Positions 50,966 through 63,735 of a DNA stretch of 64,000 bases are shown here, piece by piece; position 1 is the stretch's first letter; each line of letters begins with the position of its first letter. The translations under genes were made by a program, and so were the position numbers. Under the pieces are notes generated by a model. That model saw nothing but the letters and a program-made list of their open reading frames with translations, made no database searches and was not told where the DNA came from. The stretch covers positions 24,118,001 to 24,182,000 of the forward strand of contig NW_026262734.1 of the NCBI RefSeq assembly GCF_021869535.1. Reading direction: 5' to 3'. Source of the stretch: Mytilus californianus (lineage: Eukaryota).

Positions 50966-53900
50966 CTAATAGCCATTATATCTTAGAGGTGGAAAATGGT
51001 CAAATCTTGCTGGCTCCTCGTAGTTAGGTGGGTTGTATAAGCCCCATTTTGGTGGTGGTATTTCCATTGGGAATGGTCGAGGATAAGAGAATGTTCCCAT
51101 ATAGGCTTTATTGTGTGGCATTGGTCTCTGTACATCTTTGTGCATAACTTCATTATTGTTAGGGATAAAGTCATCATGTACTCGGCTAGTTGGTTTTGAT
51201 GGTCTCTCGTAATGCCAGTTTATGTTCTTGTAATCCACTAAAAAAAATAATGAAGAAAATTATATGTGTATGTCGTAGTGATTAATATTTTTATGAATCA
51301 AAAGTTAAAAACATGTACATATCATTTTATAGATTGTCATTGTACCTGTAATTGAATTATTCTTACAATACTTTTACTAGAGCTTAAAGCTGTACCTTTG
51401 TCTGTCACTCAATCTGCACTTTATTTTAATCTGCATACAATATTAGTGGGGCATTAAGTTTTCCACACTGTGTGTCCATATGTCCCATATTGGGTTCAAG
51501 TTTTTGGTCAATGTAGTTAACAATGAAGTTGTGGTCAGGTCACATCAACTTGAAACTTTGTACACATGTTCATTGTGAAAGTGTGTCTCAGGTTAAAAAA
51601 AATGTGTTCAAAGTACTATGAAGTTATGGTCACAACAACTGGAAACTTTGTAAAAATTGTGATGTTGACTTTTGAAAATATATGCCACTTGATGGTTTTG
51701 ACCCAGATTTTGCAGTTTACTGAACATGGAAATGTGGTAATGAGGGTTGGGTCTGATGGCGTCAGATGGATACATGTTCTGTCCAGCCTGCATAAAATTG
51801 ATTTCTTTATGTTGTAAAATTATCACTTGCAAACCAAGTTTCTGCTATGCTTCTGTTTACTAGTACCTTTTTTTGATAGGAAATAAAATGGCCTTTGGAC
51901 TTGAAAATTTTTTGTTGAGAAATTAAATAACAGTTTTCCCACTTTTAAAGACCTTGACTTGATTTTTGCTATATGATCTAAATCCTGTAAAGGGAATTTG
52001 AAGATTAAGTCCATACTTGACTGACTGTACTTGGTAGGTCAAGATTTGTAATTTTATAACCAGTGGTTATTAATTGAGTTTGGACTTTGTTCCAGTTGAT
52101 TTACTTCTATGTATTTAAAATTTCAAGACAATGGTACTTTTGCAAATTTGTTTGTGCTTCTTTCTTGTTGACCTACTGCTTTTGGATAAACCACATGGTT
52201 TCCAAAACATTTATATTTCCCTTTATTAACTTTGTTTAAAAAAAAGTCTGCCTAGAACAACACTGCTTTAAGAATTTGCACAGTATTCATTTAAAAATAA
52301 AATCATGGTTTAAATGGTGTTTTAGGCTAACTGTTTTCTTAAACACATACAAACTATGTTTTATTTATGTATACATTAATTCTCCTTTTAATTTATTGGT
52401 ATCTGCCATCAATTAACTGTCTGATTTAAACAGCAGCTAAATCTATGGTTGTTGTACCACAGTTGAACATCATGAGGATCACAAAGTCAAAATGTAACAA
52501 ATCTTTTCATTAGTAGCCTTTATAATAGCACATTTTAGCTTATACCTCTTCTGGTGGTATTAGTTTGTCTGTTGTACCAATCAGGGTGTCGTGAAGTGGA
52601 TCGTCTGGCATACCAGTCTGGATGTTCTCCACTCCATTTCCTCCAACCAGCCTAAAAGTTGTTAAGTTATTTTTACATAGAACTGAATACAATTATTGTC
52701 AGTTTTTAGATAGCAAACCAGTTTAAAAAGGATTTAAGTTTATCCCACTGTTTTGATATTTTTCATTATTCTAAAACATCGGTACAACACTTATATGAAG
52801 TAAAAAAAAAAAAAATTGAGATACTTATGTGTCATCAAGTTCATTTTCAAGATAAATGGTAGATATAACATAATGAATTTTGTATGGGTTTTTCTCATTG
52901 TTTAAGGTCGTACGGTTGCCTATAATTGCTTACATCCAATTCATTTAGACTTTGGTGGATAGTTGTCTCATTGGCAATCAAACCACATCTTATTTTGATA
53001 TTAAAAGTTCTCCTCTGTGGAACGAAAGAAATCTAATGTTGACCTAAACAGCAAGGTCACAATGCTACATTGAATATCATTAATTTAATAAATTAAGGTC
53101 GCAATATTCTTCATCATAATTGTATTTTTGATTTATTTGAAATTGGGTAATTAAGAGCTTGGCATATTAAGAAACGCATGTCTATTATTGACGACCACTA
53201 ATTTATGGTGACCTATAGGGGTTAACTTCTATGTCATTTGGTCTCTTGTGGAGAGTTGTCTCATTGGCAATAACACCACATCTTCTTATTTTATATTCCA
53301 GATCTATGTCTTTGGATATTGCATCTTTATTAAACATCTCTTTTTAATCATATTTTTTGTCATTTTTACTATAACTGATTTCTCAAGTGTTTAAATTATC
53401 AAATAAAATTTCACCACTTTTAAGGTACAATTACTTTAAATACTCCTACACTTGAATACCTGATTTACACATGTGATTTATTATCCAAAACAAATATTTC
53501 TTAATGATGAAAAATCATTTACAATGTCAATACCTTAAAAAATATGACAAAAAATAATATTTAAGTTATAATATAACTTGAAACTAGTGCAGCAATATAG
53601 AACACTTAAAACATGCAAAGACTATCGCTACATGTTGAATTATCCCCCCTTCCTGCTAATTATACTAAGCTTTCCCTTACTTTAATGAATTAGATATATA
53701 CAAACAGCATACTGTAAAAATTTTGTGATTTATGATGCTGACATGACATGTATCATGAGCAGTGAAAATACATTTTTTTTACATGCAATGAATATATTGA
53801 ACATTCAAGCAGCTTTACTCTGTCATTATTAAACCTTAACTTCATGCTTGTCAATAAATTTTTACCGAAAAGCAGCCATGTCAATAGTACATACCAATAC

Positions 53901-56412
53901 TTTCTTCACTGTAAAATAACTAATTCTTAAAATAGATGTGTCACATTAACATGGAAAGTGGGGGACACACAATGCATGGATCCTTTTTTATTCCGTTTCA
54001 CATTTCATAAGAAACATTTTCTAACAATTTAAAGTCATATATGTACGAGTTTCTGGTGATTATTATGTAAAGGAAAATGTTGAACCAATGTATGCATATA
54101 TACTAAACTGAGTCCTCTGTGCACAATTTTTTACATTTATTACGAATCCATAACCCGTGAACCATATAATTGACAAAGAGTATATATAATTCTTTGATAA
54201 AGTTGGCTGCTAGTTAATTTTAGTGTTATGTGGCAAAGTTTACTGATCGTGAAAATAAGTGAGATGTTAGAAGAATACTTGTTTGTTTGATTTGTTTTTT
54301 TAATTTTCCAGGCGCTCCCATTTGTTAATAAAACGTAATAACAGTTGTTAAATGATTTGGTGTATTACAATTGTTCTTTCAGAAAAGGTTAATATAATCT
54401 TCCTTCCATGTTTGTTTACTTTTTCTACCATCACAGGTTTAGCCTTCGCACTTGATTAAGATCACTGCACATGGAAAAGCTGTTGGAGAATTATAGTACA
54501 GGAAGACAATAATTCAATAGCAGTACATTTCTGAAGATTTTGATAATATAAAGGATTTTCTTCAAGGAAGTCTATGTACACTTATTTTATAGTAAAACTT
54601 AGCCATTCAACTATTTAAAAAATATTTGTCTTTTTTGTTAAATTTAAGTGATCAAATTCATGACTCTTAAGTAAATATCAGAAAAAATTAAAGCAATAAA
54701 ATACACCTCCCTTCAATAATTTTAGTAGATATCCCAAAGGAATTGGTGAATCTAAAAAGTAAATGTTTATAAGGCCTTATACTACTGTAAAACAACTAAA
54801 TTTCACAAGTGATTTATTTTTCATGACTTTCGCATGTAGAAAATAACGTGAACATATAAATCTTTACAAATGAGTCAATTTCAATCTTCACTTATATAAA
54901 TACATCAGATAGATTACTATGGATACCCTATGTTTATGTTATTTGATTACAAAAAAATAAAGACCTTGTGTATAATTTGGAGTTTAGTATGACGTCCATT
55001 ATCACTGAACTAGTATACATATTTGTTTAGGGGCCAGCTGAAGGACGCCTCCGGGTGCGGAAGTTTCTCGCTGCATTGAAGACCCATTGGTGGCCTTCGG
55101 CTGTTGTCTGCTCTATGATCGGGTTGTTGTCTATTGGATAAATATCCCCATTTCCATTCTCAATTTTATTAACCTTTCACTAAAATTTGCTTAGGTTATC
55201 TTTAGTATGCTTGCATTGAGTGTGGGAGATGTTGGATTTGATTCCTGCCTGGACCAAATCAGAAACTTGGTATTTGTTAATTGCTCTTCTACCAATCAGT
55301 AAGCTTTAGCAGTATGAGTAGAGTCAGAATGCTCCAGTTGAAAATTTATTGGGAGTCAGAATACTCAGAGGGTCACAAGACTTCCAAATGACTGTAACCA
55401 TGTGAGCTAGATATTAAAAATATGACTTTACTGGACAATAAGCAACCATCAATGAATCTTTACTAAAAAATACATGTACTTATGAAGAGGAAATTTGTTG
55501 TTTGAATACATTTATTTTTCATTTTTAAGTGACCTCTCAAAAACGGCTAAATATATATACAATGCCTGAACTAAAATGACATAATACAGGGGTAGACATA
55601 TCTCCCTGTCACCTCATACATTTCTTCTGCTGCCACTTTTATTATCAAACGATCCTGAGGGTTCCTCAGTATTTTTAAGACTTACATGTACACCATCTTA
55701 AAGAAGAGTAATAGTGGCATTCATCTAGTTTGTATGTTTTATGCCCAAATAAACCAGCATTATACTGATTATGAACTTGAGCTGTAGAGAAATTAAAATC
55801 TACAAAATGTATACTTGTAGAAACAAAGAAGTCAGGTCAAACTACTTACTGCAGAAATAACCAATCAAAATAATCACTCCCATGACAGAAAAAATATTGG
55901 GAACACGTGTGAGAATGATTTTGACCTGTAATACCACATAAAACTAACTTGATGCTGGGAACAATATATGTCAATATATAGGTTCCTGCTTGATGTCATT
56001 TATAATCTTTCATACCTGAGCATAATCTGGATGACTACTATGGTACACTGACCATTCATGTAACTTTGGTTGCCTGGAATTAGACAAGAAAATAATAGTT
56101 TTATAAAAATAGATTTTTTTATCATTGAATGCGTTGTTGTAAACTTAAGATCCTTAAATTTTTTAACAATTAAATATCCTTAATTGTAGTGAATGGTACG
56201 TGTATTAACTATGGGGGTATATAATATTTACCCCTATACTTTGATATAAAACGAAGTCATAAACATGATAAAGTACTGAAAGTCTGACACCTTTTACTAT
56301 GTGCCGTTCCTCGTACCTTAATTTTTGTCATAAGATACCGTGAATCTCTTTATGCTTACCATTGCTTAGGGAGTTTGGCAGGCGTTGATAAAAACTGCTG
56401 TGCTGCTGCCAT
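50966..56412 (-). CDS. Uncharacterised 162-aa Pro/Trp/Tyr-rich protein (gene A) with three HPD[YW] motifs
   Basis: Exons 56412-56360 (MAAAQQFLSTPAKLPKQ, aaaacaATGg context, donor gtaagc), 56073-56016 (WQPKLHEWSVYHSSHPDYAQ), 52651-52546 (AGWRKWSGEHPDWYARRSTSRHPDWYNRQTNTTRR), 51237-50966 (VDYKNINWHYERP...PLRYNGY-stop). Phases 2, 0, 1 all close the frame; 489 nt total. Confidence 0.8.
54975..55175. repeat. Second interspersed repeat family (gagaatggaaatggggaatgtg core)
   Basis: Reverse complement matches 63938-64000 and, degenerately, 18310-18380. Confidence 0.65.
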
Positions 56413-56886
56413 TGTTTTTTATCTGTCCCTTGTGTGACCGAAAAAATGTTATGCCCTTTCTCTTTTTTCGAGTTAAGAATAAAATAGATTCGTAGAGATA
56501 TTTCAGTGTTTTAATAATAAGTTGTAGCCCCCCACCCTGATAAGTACGTTCAACGTTTCAGAAATCTGTGCCTTGAATGTCGTAAGCGATAGTAGCGATC
56601 ACTTGGCAACGTTTGTAAATAGTTTGCTTGGTAACCGTTTCTCTGTCGCTTATACCCTAAAGAAAATACTACAAGTTTTTATGTCAAATTTAAAATGTGC
56701 TATTTTATTATAAACTATTTGATTCACGAATCACTTGAAATATTTATAGTAATCTAAATATATGTAATTAAAGTTGCTAAATACATACCCGTAACGGGTA
56801 CCTATTTATTGTGTGTGATATAAGCAACAATATTAGAATTGGTATTATTTTGGAACCTTGTATCGGGGCCTTATATACTCTCCAAA
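56413..56886. promoter_or_regulatory. Putative bidirectional promoter between genes A and B, with RFX-like half-sites and a forkhead-like motif
   Basis: 474 bp between divergent ATGs and relatively CpG-rich. GATCACTTGGCAAC at 56597-56610 and GTTTGCTTGGTAAC at 56622-56635 (good RGYAAC half-sites) flank GTAAATA at 56615-56621. Confidence 0.5.
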
Positions 56887-59800
56887 ATGGCAATGGCAGA
56901 TACTTTATTCTTTAATGGAAAACAGGAAAAATACCCGTACCATGTCAACTATCCTCCGAACGTTCCTAAATATCCAAGTTCTCAAGAAATGTTCCGGTAA
57001 GTTGAACCTCTAGTATTTTGTTTCTTTAGAATTCATTAGTAGACATTACATGTACAAAATTTATTGTCTTCTCTTTTCCACCGTGACAATAGACATTATA
57101 TCTGCTATTTTAAAATAATTATTTGATGGTCACTTTTTATAATGTTTTGGTTCTATCAACACTCGTAACATTTATTAAAGTTTATTATTAATTAAAAAGG
57201 TTGAAAAGATTGTCAACTGCATCAATGAGTGTAAACATAATAATTTGTAATTCTTAACAGAAGTTAAGCATTCTTAAACATAGACATCATGCCCAAAACC
57301 TAACTGTTGGTGTCTGTCGTAAATGACAAGTTATGATAGCTCCATTTAAACCATGGACCAAATTTCAAATGATTCTTACTCAGAAATATAAAAGTTGTAG
57401 CATTCAACAATCTGCCCATTTAACACAATCAAGTTAAATTTATTTTAGGAAATATCAAGCAATTATGGTAAGGTACAAATTTGCATGACGATCATCAGTA
57501 CACATGTATCATTTTTTCTAGTCACAGTGGTGTTAGTTTATAGTGCATGGTACTCATGGCAACATGGCTGTAATGTCATAGACAAAAGCGATTATCTGGT
57601 TCTAAACTAATGATTATTAATTAATTATTAAATATTATTGTTGTACTAATCATTTGCATGATGATACAAAAAGTTTAATCGGTTGCATCTGGGAAAAGTA
57701 TACTGACAAAATATTATTTTCGAGGCTGCATTTTCTGTTGATACATTGTGATAAGGACGGAAAGGTGTCTTTTGCTTCAACAATATTAGATGATCATCAA
57801 CTTGGCGGTTTAAATCATCTTTGTTCTGCTCACACATTGTAAATTCATTGTTGTTCTTCCGTAATTATACTCTAAATGCATTTGGGTACCTTAAAATCAT
57901 TAATCTGTAAAAAGCCCTAGTCAATCATCTAAACGATCAATTTTTCCTGACTATCTTCTTTTGAAATAACGATTGTTGTAAAACGACTTCGATTTTTATC
58001 ATCCCCAGCGCCAAGTTGAATCTATAGAGAATAAAGAATATAGAAGTATACAGTGAATGCAAGTTGAACTTGGAAAATCAATTGTTGGTGCCTAATTCAA
58101 AACGGCTTCATAAGTTGTATCTATATTCCCCATGCGTTGATTATCTAATTCAGATTCTCTTGCAATATCTGAAATTGCCGTTTTCTTCAGATTGTGAAAA
58201 TCCAGAATGCGGATGGTATTAATGGGAAGACCTGTTGATATACATGTAATTAATTGTATCCTTAACTAAACGGAAATGGAAAATACATAAGAATCACCGT
58301 AAGGTCCAAACATTTTTCATGGTCTGAATATCAGAAATGTTTGCAGGTAGAATTTTAAGATGCTTTGGATGCCTTCGGCATACTGAAAGCTACAACTTAT
58401 TAATGTCGGATACTTTAAAAAAAAAACCTGTTGACGTGCATATTCATCATTACAACCAAACAACCACTGAAATTCAGAGGCACATACATGTATCGTATGC
58501 GACTGAATCGTCTGAATCAAACAATTCAATTCAATAATTTATTTAAGTCTCATCTCTCAATAATATATAACACTGTATAATATACAATCTGATTCAAATT
58601 CAGATCCATTGGAACTCGCTTACTCGTGTAAGCATAACGAAATCAGATCTATAATTTTATAATAATAAGATTGTGTATGATATAGATGAAATAGAGAACC
58701 ATTCCATGCAGAATTATAAGACACTAAAACATTGAAACATTACATATATACAACATATTTAAAACATGATTTTTATTATTTCTTCCTCGCCAAACCCCGG
58801 GCTAAATAGTGTAGTATCAACAAACTGTAATAGGCAACTGAAGCAGAATTAATTAACCTCGATCATCAGATCTATTCGAAACATTTGAAGAAAGGACATT
58901 AGAATACAAGGAACGAAGAACCACCATCCTAATAGTGGCTGAACTTGCGGCAAATACAGTGTAAGGGTATGCAACCGAATTACGTGCATGCACAATTCAC
59001 GTGTTCCTGGTATGATACCAAGTACGCTCGGTGAAGAAAGTTACCTAAACCAGAGGCGGATTTAGGGGGGAGGGGCAGCGTGCCCGGGCCCCTTTTGTGG
59101 GAACAAGTTGGTTGATTATATAGGGAATCACTGAAGCATGACTAAGTGGGCCCCCTCTTATGGCAGTCAGTGCCCCCCCCCCCCCCCTTATGAAAATTTC
59201 TGGACCCGCCACTGTAAACATGCTAAATGTATAAGAACACCAAAGCAAAAACTAGAGTAAATGACAAAAAAGAACTGATGTAAACACTTTGAAGTGTTCG
59301 AACACTTTTATTGTATAAAGTCATAAACTACCTAATATAAGTTTGATCTTGAACATGTACGTTATGACAGATTTAAGGTACAGATTGTAAGCAGAATATA
59401 GTCAACAAGACGGAGTAATAAACAGCTACGGTAAGAGCAGGCGATAATCGTGACTTCTCGGTGAATTTTCAAAATTAACTAGTTGCTGTATTGTATATTT
59501 CTAACTATACCAAATCGGATATGTCTTTGTCTTTCTGAAATCCAACATTTAGTAAAATTTCATACTGAAGATCCAAGAAGGCAAAACTTGATTCATAACA
59601 AGATCACTTGCTGGATGTGCGGATAGAGGGAGGACGAGCATATAAAAAAAAATTTCAGTGTTTCTTAAAACGGCTTCATAAATTTTCACTGCAGCATACA
59701 TATTATTGCATGATATGCTTGTCACTCAAATCAATATATATTAGAATACAGCAAATATATTACCAAAAAGTAAAGGTATTGAATCAGTCTTGAAAGACGT

Positions 59801-61435
59801 ACTAGTTGTTATTAAGATCACCACCAATTTGTCTTAATATAACATACATAAAATATTTACAAATGTATGTCGAAATGCATGCAACAGTGCAATACAGCTT
59901 CAATGCACGTTTAGTGTTAAGGATATTTATTTTGTTTTGTTTTTACAGACGTGAAGTTCCTGAAAAATACACCAGGATAATTGGAAGACAGTCGACACAG
60001 GTAAAATTGAATGACAAGACAACAATTCACTATATATATATCAACGTTGTTTCAATAACGTCCAATGGCCAATATTACATAACTGAGAGTCTGGATTTCT
60101 TTACGGGGGAAGGGGAGGGGGGGGGGGGGTAAAAAGTGAAGATTATGTATTAGTCTAATTTGTAAGTTTTTAATACATCGATATACACTATGTCAAACTT
60201 TTATAATCAAAAGACAATATCAAAAGCAAATTTTTGCGTATTCTGCTGACTGGTGGACTTCGTTTTATTTTGCAGTTTATATACAGTCTAAGCTAATATA
60301 CAGTCTAAGCTTTGTGAAACCTTCATGGAATTTTACAAAGGAAATATGAGCTGATGCTTCTTCATTGAAGAATCGAAGCTCGTGTCAAAAAAAGTTTCCA
60401 GAGCAAAATTTCGAAATTTTGAAATTTTATTTGTCTTTATATAATACAGACAAATGGACTTAGTTTAATTTTACAGTTAACATAATTCGGATACAGTCTG
60501 GGGTTAAAGTTTTTTTTAGACAACAATTACTTTGTCAATCCTTCATATAATATTATGAGCTGTTGAAAGAAGCTTTGTTATTATTTTTCAGCATTAACTG
60601 ATAGACGGACTTAGTTTTTACTCACAGTCTGGGATTAATTTTTATTTAGACAACAATAACTTTGTTTAACCTTCATGGAATGTAATGAAACTTGAACAGA
60701 AGCTTTGTCGGGACATGAAATAGCATCTAAAGAAAACATTTTTTTTTTTTTTTGACGTATTTTACTGATAAATGGTTAGTCTTTGGAAATCACAATTATA
60801 TATGATATACTAACAGTAGGAATCGCATGCGAGACACATGCAGGGTTCCGCGGAATAGGCTTGATACGAATTTTGGTCGCTCACATAGTATCTGTCTTGT
60901 TTTTTTGGGGAACATTTTTTATTGACTAGGAAGATATAATAAATGTAGTTCAAAGCTATTCAAATTGGTGTCTTCTTATTAAGTTAAATATATATCTGTT
61001 AGTAAAATAATTCTGTTTCATAATTCATTGACTTTTCAGCACTGGACTGACAAATGGTACGATTCTGGATATCCAACTCTTAGAAGGGAAGAATTACCAA
61101 AGCTAGCAGATCGACATGAACCTTGCAACCAACCCTGGCAATACCAACTAGGAGTGTCAGCCGTGCCAAAGTGGACAAAAGACGGGAAGGATTGGCCCGT
61201 CTCTTCCAGCTACCTTAAACAAGGTCGACCACCAACAGAAACCACACGTGCTCGTGGCATCAATCGTCTGTCCCTTCCAAAAGAGGAGAATTTCTATCCT
61301 TTCTCTAATTATATGACATCGACATACCGGAAGCCAGTTTATTCCATATTTGGGCCTCTACAGAAACGACCGGTATACGGTGTTACACATCAGCACAACA
61401 GACATGGTTTCATGTCCTTTGAAGACTATTATTAA
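56887..61435 (+). CDS. Uncharacterised 185-aa Pro/Tyr-rich protein (gene B)
   Basis: Exons 56887-56996 (MAMADTLFFNGKQEKYPYHVNYPPNVPKYPSSQEMF, donor gtaagt, phase 2), 59949-60000 (RREVPEKYTRIIGRQSTQ, phase 0), 61040-61435 (HWTDKWYDSGYPTLRREELPKL...SNYMTSTYRKPVY...MSFEDYY-stop). Pyrimidine-rich acceptors; 558 nt total with the frame closed. Confidence 0.8.
59051..59214. mobile_element. Short GC-rich MITE with CAG...CTG termini
   Basis: CAGAGGCGGATTTAG / TCTGGACCCGCCACTG imperfect TIRs; TAAAC flanks both ends. Confidence 0.7.
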
Positions 61436-62319
61436 ATGCATTCGTTTACAATACTTACTATAAACGTTTAAATGATCGCATTTTTATCACACAGATGCAT
61501 TTGTGTTCATTTTGCAATATATATTTCCATCGAATATGTATAATTTTGAAGAAAAATGTTTTTTAAGTTTAATGTGATAATACTTTGTCTTAAAACCAGG
61601 AATATCCCCACTGTTCTGCTATTAAGCAAAATATATTGATTACGTAGTAATAATGTTTATCATTGTAAAAAAAAAATAATATATTGTCGGCAATGCTTTT
61701 TGTGATGACCTTGTGGTTGATATTCATTGTAACTTTTAATGGTAAAGTTTTACTCTTGTTAGGCAAGTGATATTTTGTTAAGACACGCAACCTTTGCGCG
61801 GGAAATTGGGTGTATGTATTTATTTTTGTGACGTTTTATAAAGCTATTGACGAGGTACTCTTACCTTTACTTTGTGATTTTATTCTATTTTCGAATTATT
61901 TTGTCATGCCTCCCCAAATCTTCTGGCGGGCATTTGCGTCTTCTTTGCTTTTTAGTATGAAGCTAGCTTTGTTTATTAATAAAAAAAATTGATCAAAACG
62001 CATCAACTTCACGTTTTTTGTGCCATGCTTCCTTGATAGATTGAGTGTTCCATGTTTAATGATTTGAACATTTACAAATAGCTTTTATATATCTATGTAG
62101 CTTTATGTTACATTTCTAGAAATAAACAGACATTCTTCTTTTTTTAAGTTAAGCATGTTAAGTTTATTCTGCTTGTTACTGTTGAAATATATTTATGTAG
62201 TGAATAAAAGTATGCTCACTAATCATTTTGTTCTCTTTATGTGAGGTGCATGGGCGACAACTTAATACCACAACAGTTGCACAAACAATAATACATGCTC
62301 TATATGACAAGAATAAATA

Positions 62320-63205
62320 AAATTCAGTAGTTGTCGTTTGTTGATGTTGTTCATAAGTGTTTCTCGTTTCTCGTTTTTTTATATAGATTAGACCGTTGGT
62401 TTTCCCGTTTGAATGGTTTTACACTAGTAATTTTTGGGGCCCTTTATAGCTTGCTGTTCGGTGAATATTGTTTTTATTGGTATAAATATTGATTTTGTTA
62501 TCAGTAAATTAAAACCACACATATCACATGTACTTTCACGGTACAACAATCTGTCGATACCTATAAGTTGGCATTGCACAAGGTCATGTTTTTCTCTGAC
62601 TGTTAATGACGTCTTTACACTAAATCCATTGGATATTGGATGTGTACTGATTGATACTTTAGTCTTAGATACATGATTTTTTTCATTGGCTGTCAGTAAC
62701 TGCGAGTACTCTCAGATCTGTACTGAGTGTGTTTTTGTTTTTGGGATATATAAGTACCCGTCCACGTCCACTCTGTGTTTTTGTTAGATGTATTTCTATT
62801 TGTATCCATCTGATGAGTTAAACCTTTTTCAACTGATTTTTATAGTTTGTTTGTATGTTGTACTGTTACACCACAGTCCCAGGTTAGGGGAGGGTTGAAC
62901 GCTCACAAACATGTTTAACCCAGCCACATTCTTTATGTGCCTGTCCCAAGTCAGGAGCCTGTAGATCAGTGGTGGTCGTTGGTTCACGTCAGTCATATTT
63001 GTTTTTCGTAAATCGTTATGTTATAAATTAGGCCGTTAGTTTTCTCAATTGAATTATTTCATATTTTTCATGTCGGGGGCCTTTAATAGCCGACCATACG
63101 GTATGGGTTTTCTTATTGTTGAAGGCCTTACGGTTGCCTATAATTGCTTACATCCACTTCATTTGAACTTCGGTGGATAGTTGTCTCATTGGCAATCATA
63201 CCACA
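62320..63205. repeat. Long copy of the abundant interspersed repeat with core gatgtggtatgattgccaatgagacaact; truncated by the gap
   Basis: The same core recurs near 370-485, 783-960, 8286-8355, 29338-29458, 43578-43632, 44705-44810, 45120-45160, 45516-45590, 52880-52995 and 53210-53295. It explains recurring ORF words such as RCGMIANETTIH and MSHWQSY. Confidence 0.75.
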
Positions 63206-63468
63206 NNNNNNNNNNNNNNNNNNNNNNNNNNNNNNNNNNNNNNNNNNNNNNNNNNNNNNNNNNNNNNNNNNNNNNNNNNNNNNNNNNNNNNNNNNNNNNN
63301 NNNNNNNNNNNNNNNNNNNNNNNNNNNNNNNNNNNNNNNNNNNNNNNNNNNNNNNNNNNNNNNNNNNNNNNNNNNNNNNNNNNNNNNNNNNNNNNNNNNN
63401 NNNNNNNNNNNNNNNNNNNNNNNNNNNNNNNNNNNNNNNNNNNNNNNNNNNNNNNNNNNNNNNNNNNN
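63206..63468. other. Assembly gap (263 N)
   Basis: Run of n characters. Confidence 1.
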
Positions 63469-63735
63469 TATAATATACAATACAAACAAAACAATTGAAA
63501 TACAATACAAACTAAACAATTGAAATACAATACAAATACAATTACAAATACAATACAAGTACAATACAAATTCAAATACAATACAATACAGTATAGTATG
63601 CTACAATACAATACAATACAAATAAAACAATTGAAATACAATACAAATACAATTACAAATACAATACAAATTCCAATACAATACCAATACAATACAATAC
63701 AATAACAATACACATACAATACAAATACAATATAA
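63469..63735. repeat. (AATAC)n-type microsatellite bordering the gap
   Basis: Degenerate aatac/aatacaa tract. Confidence 0.9.
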
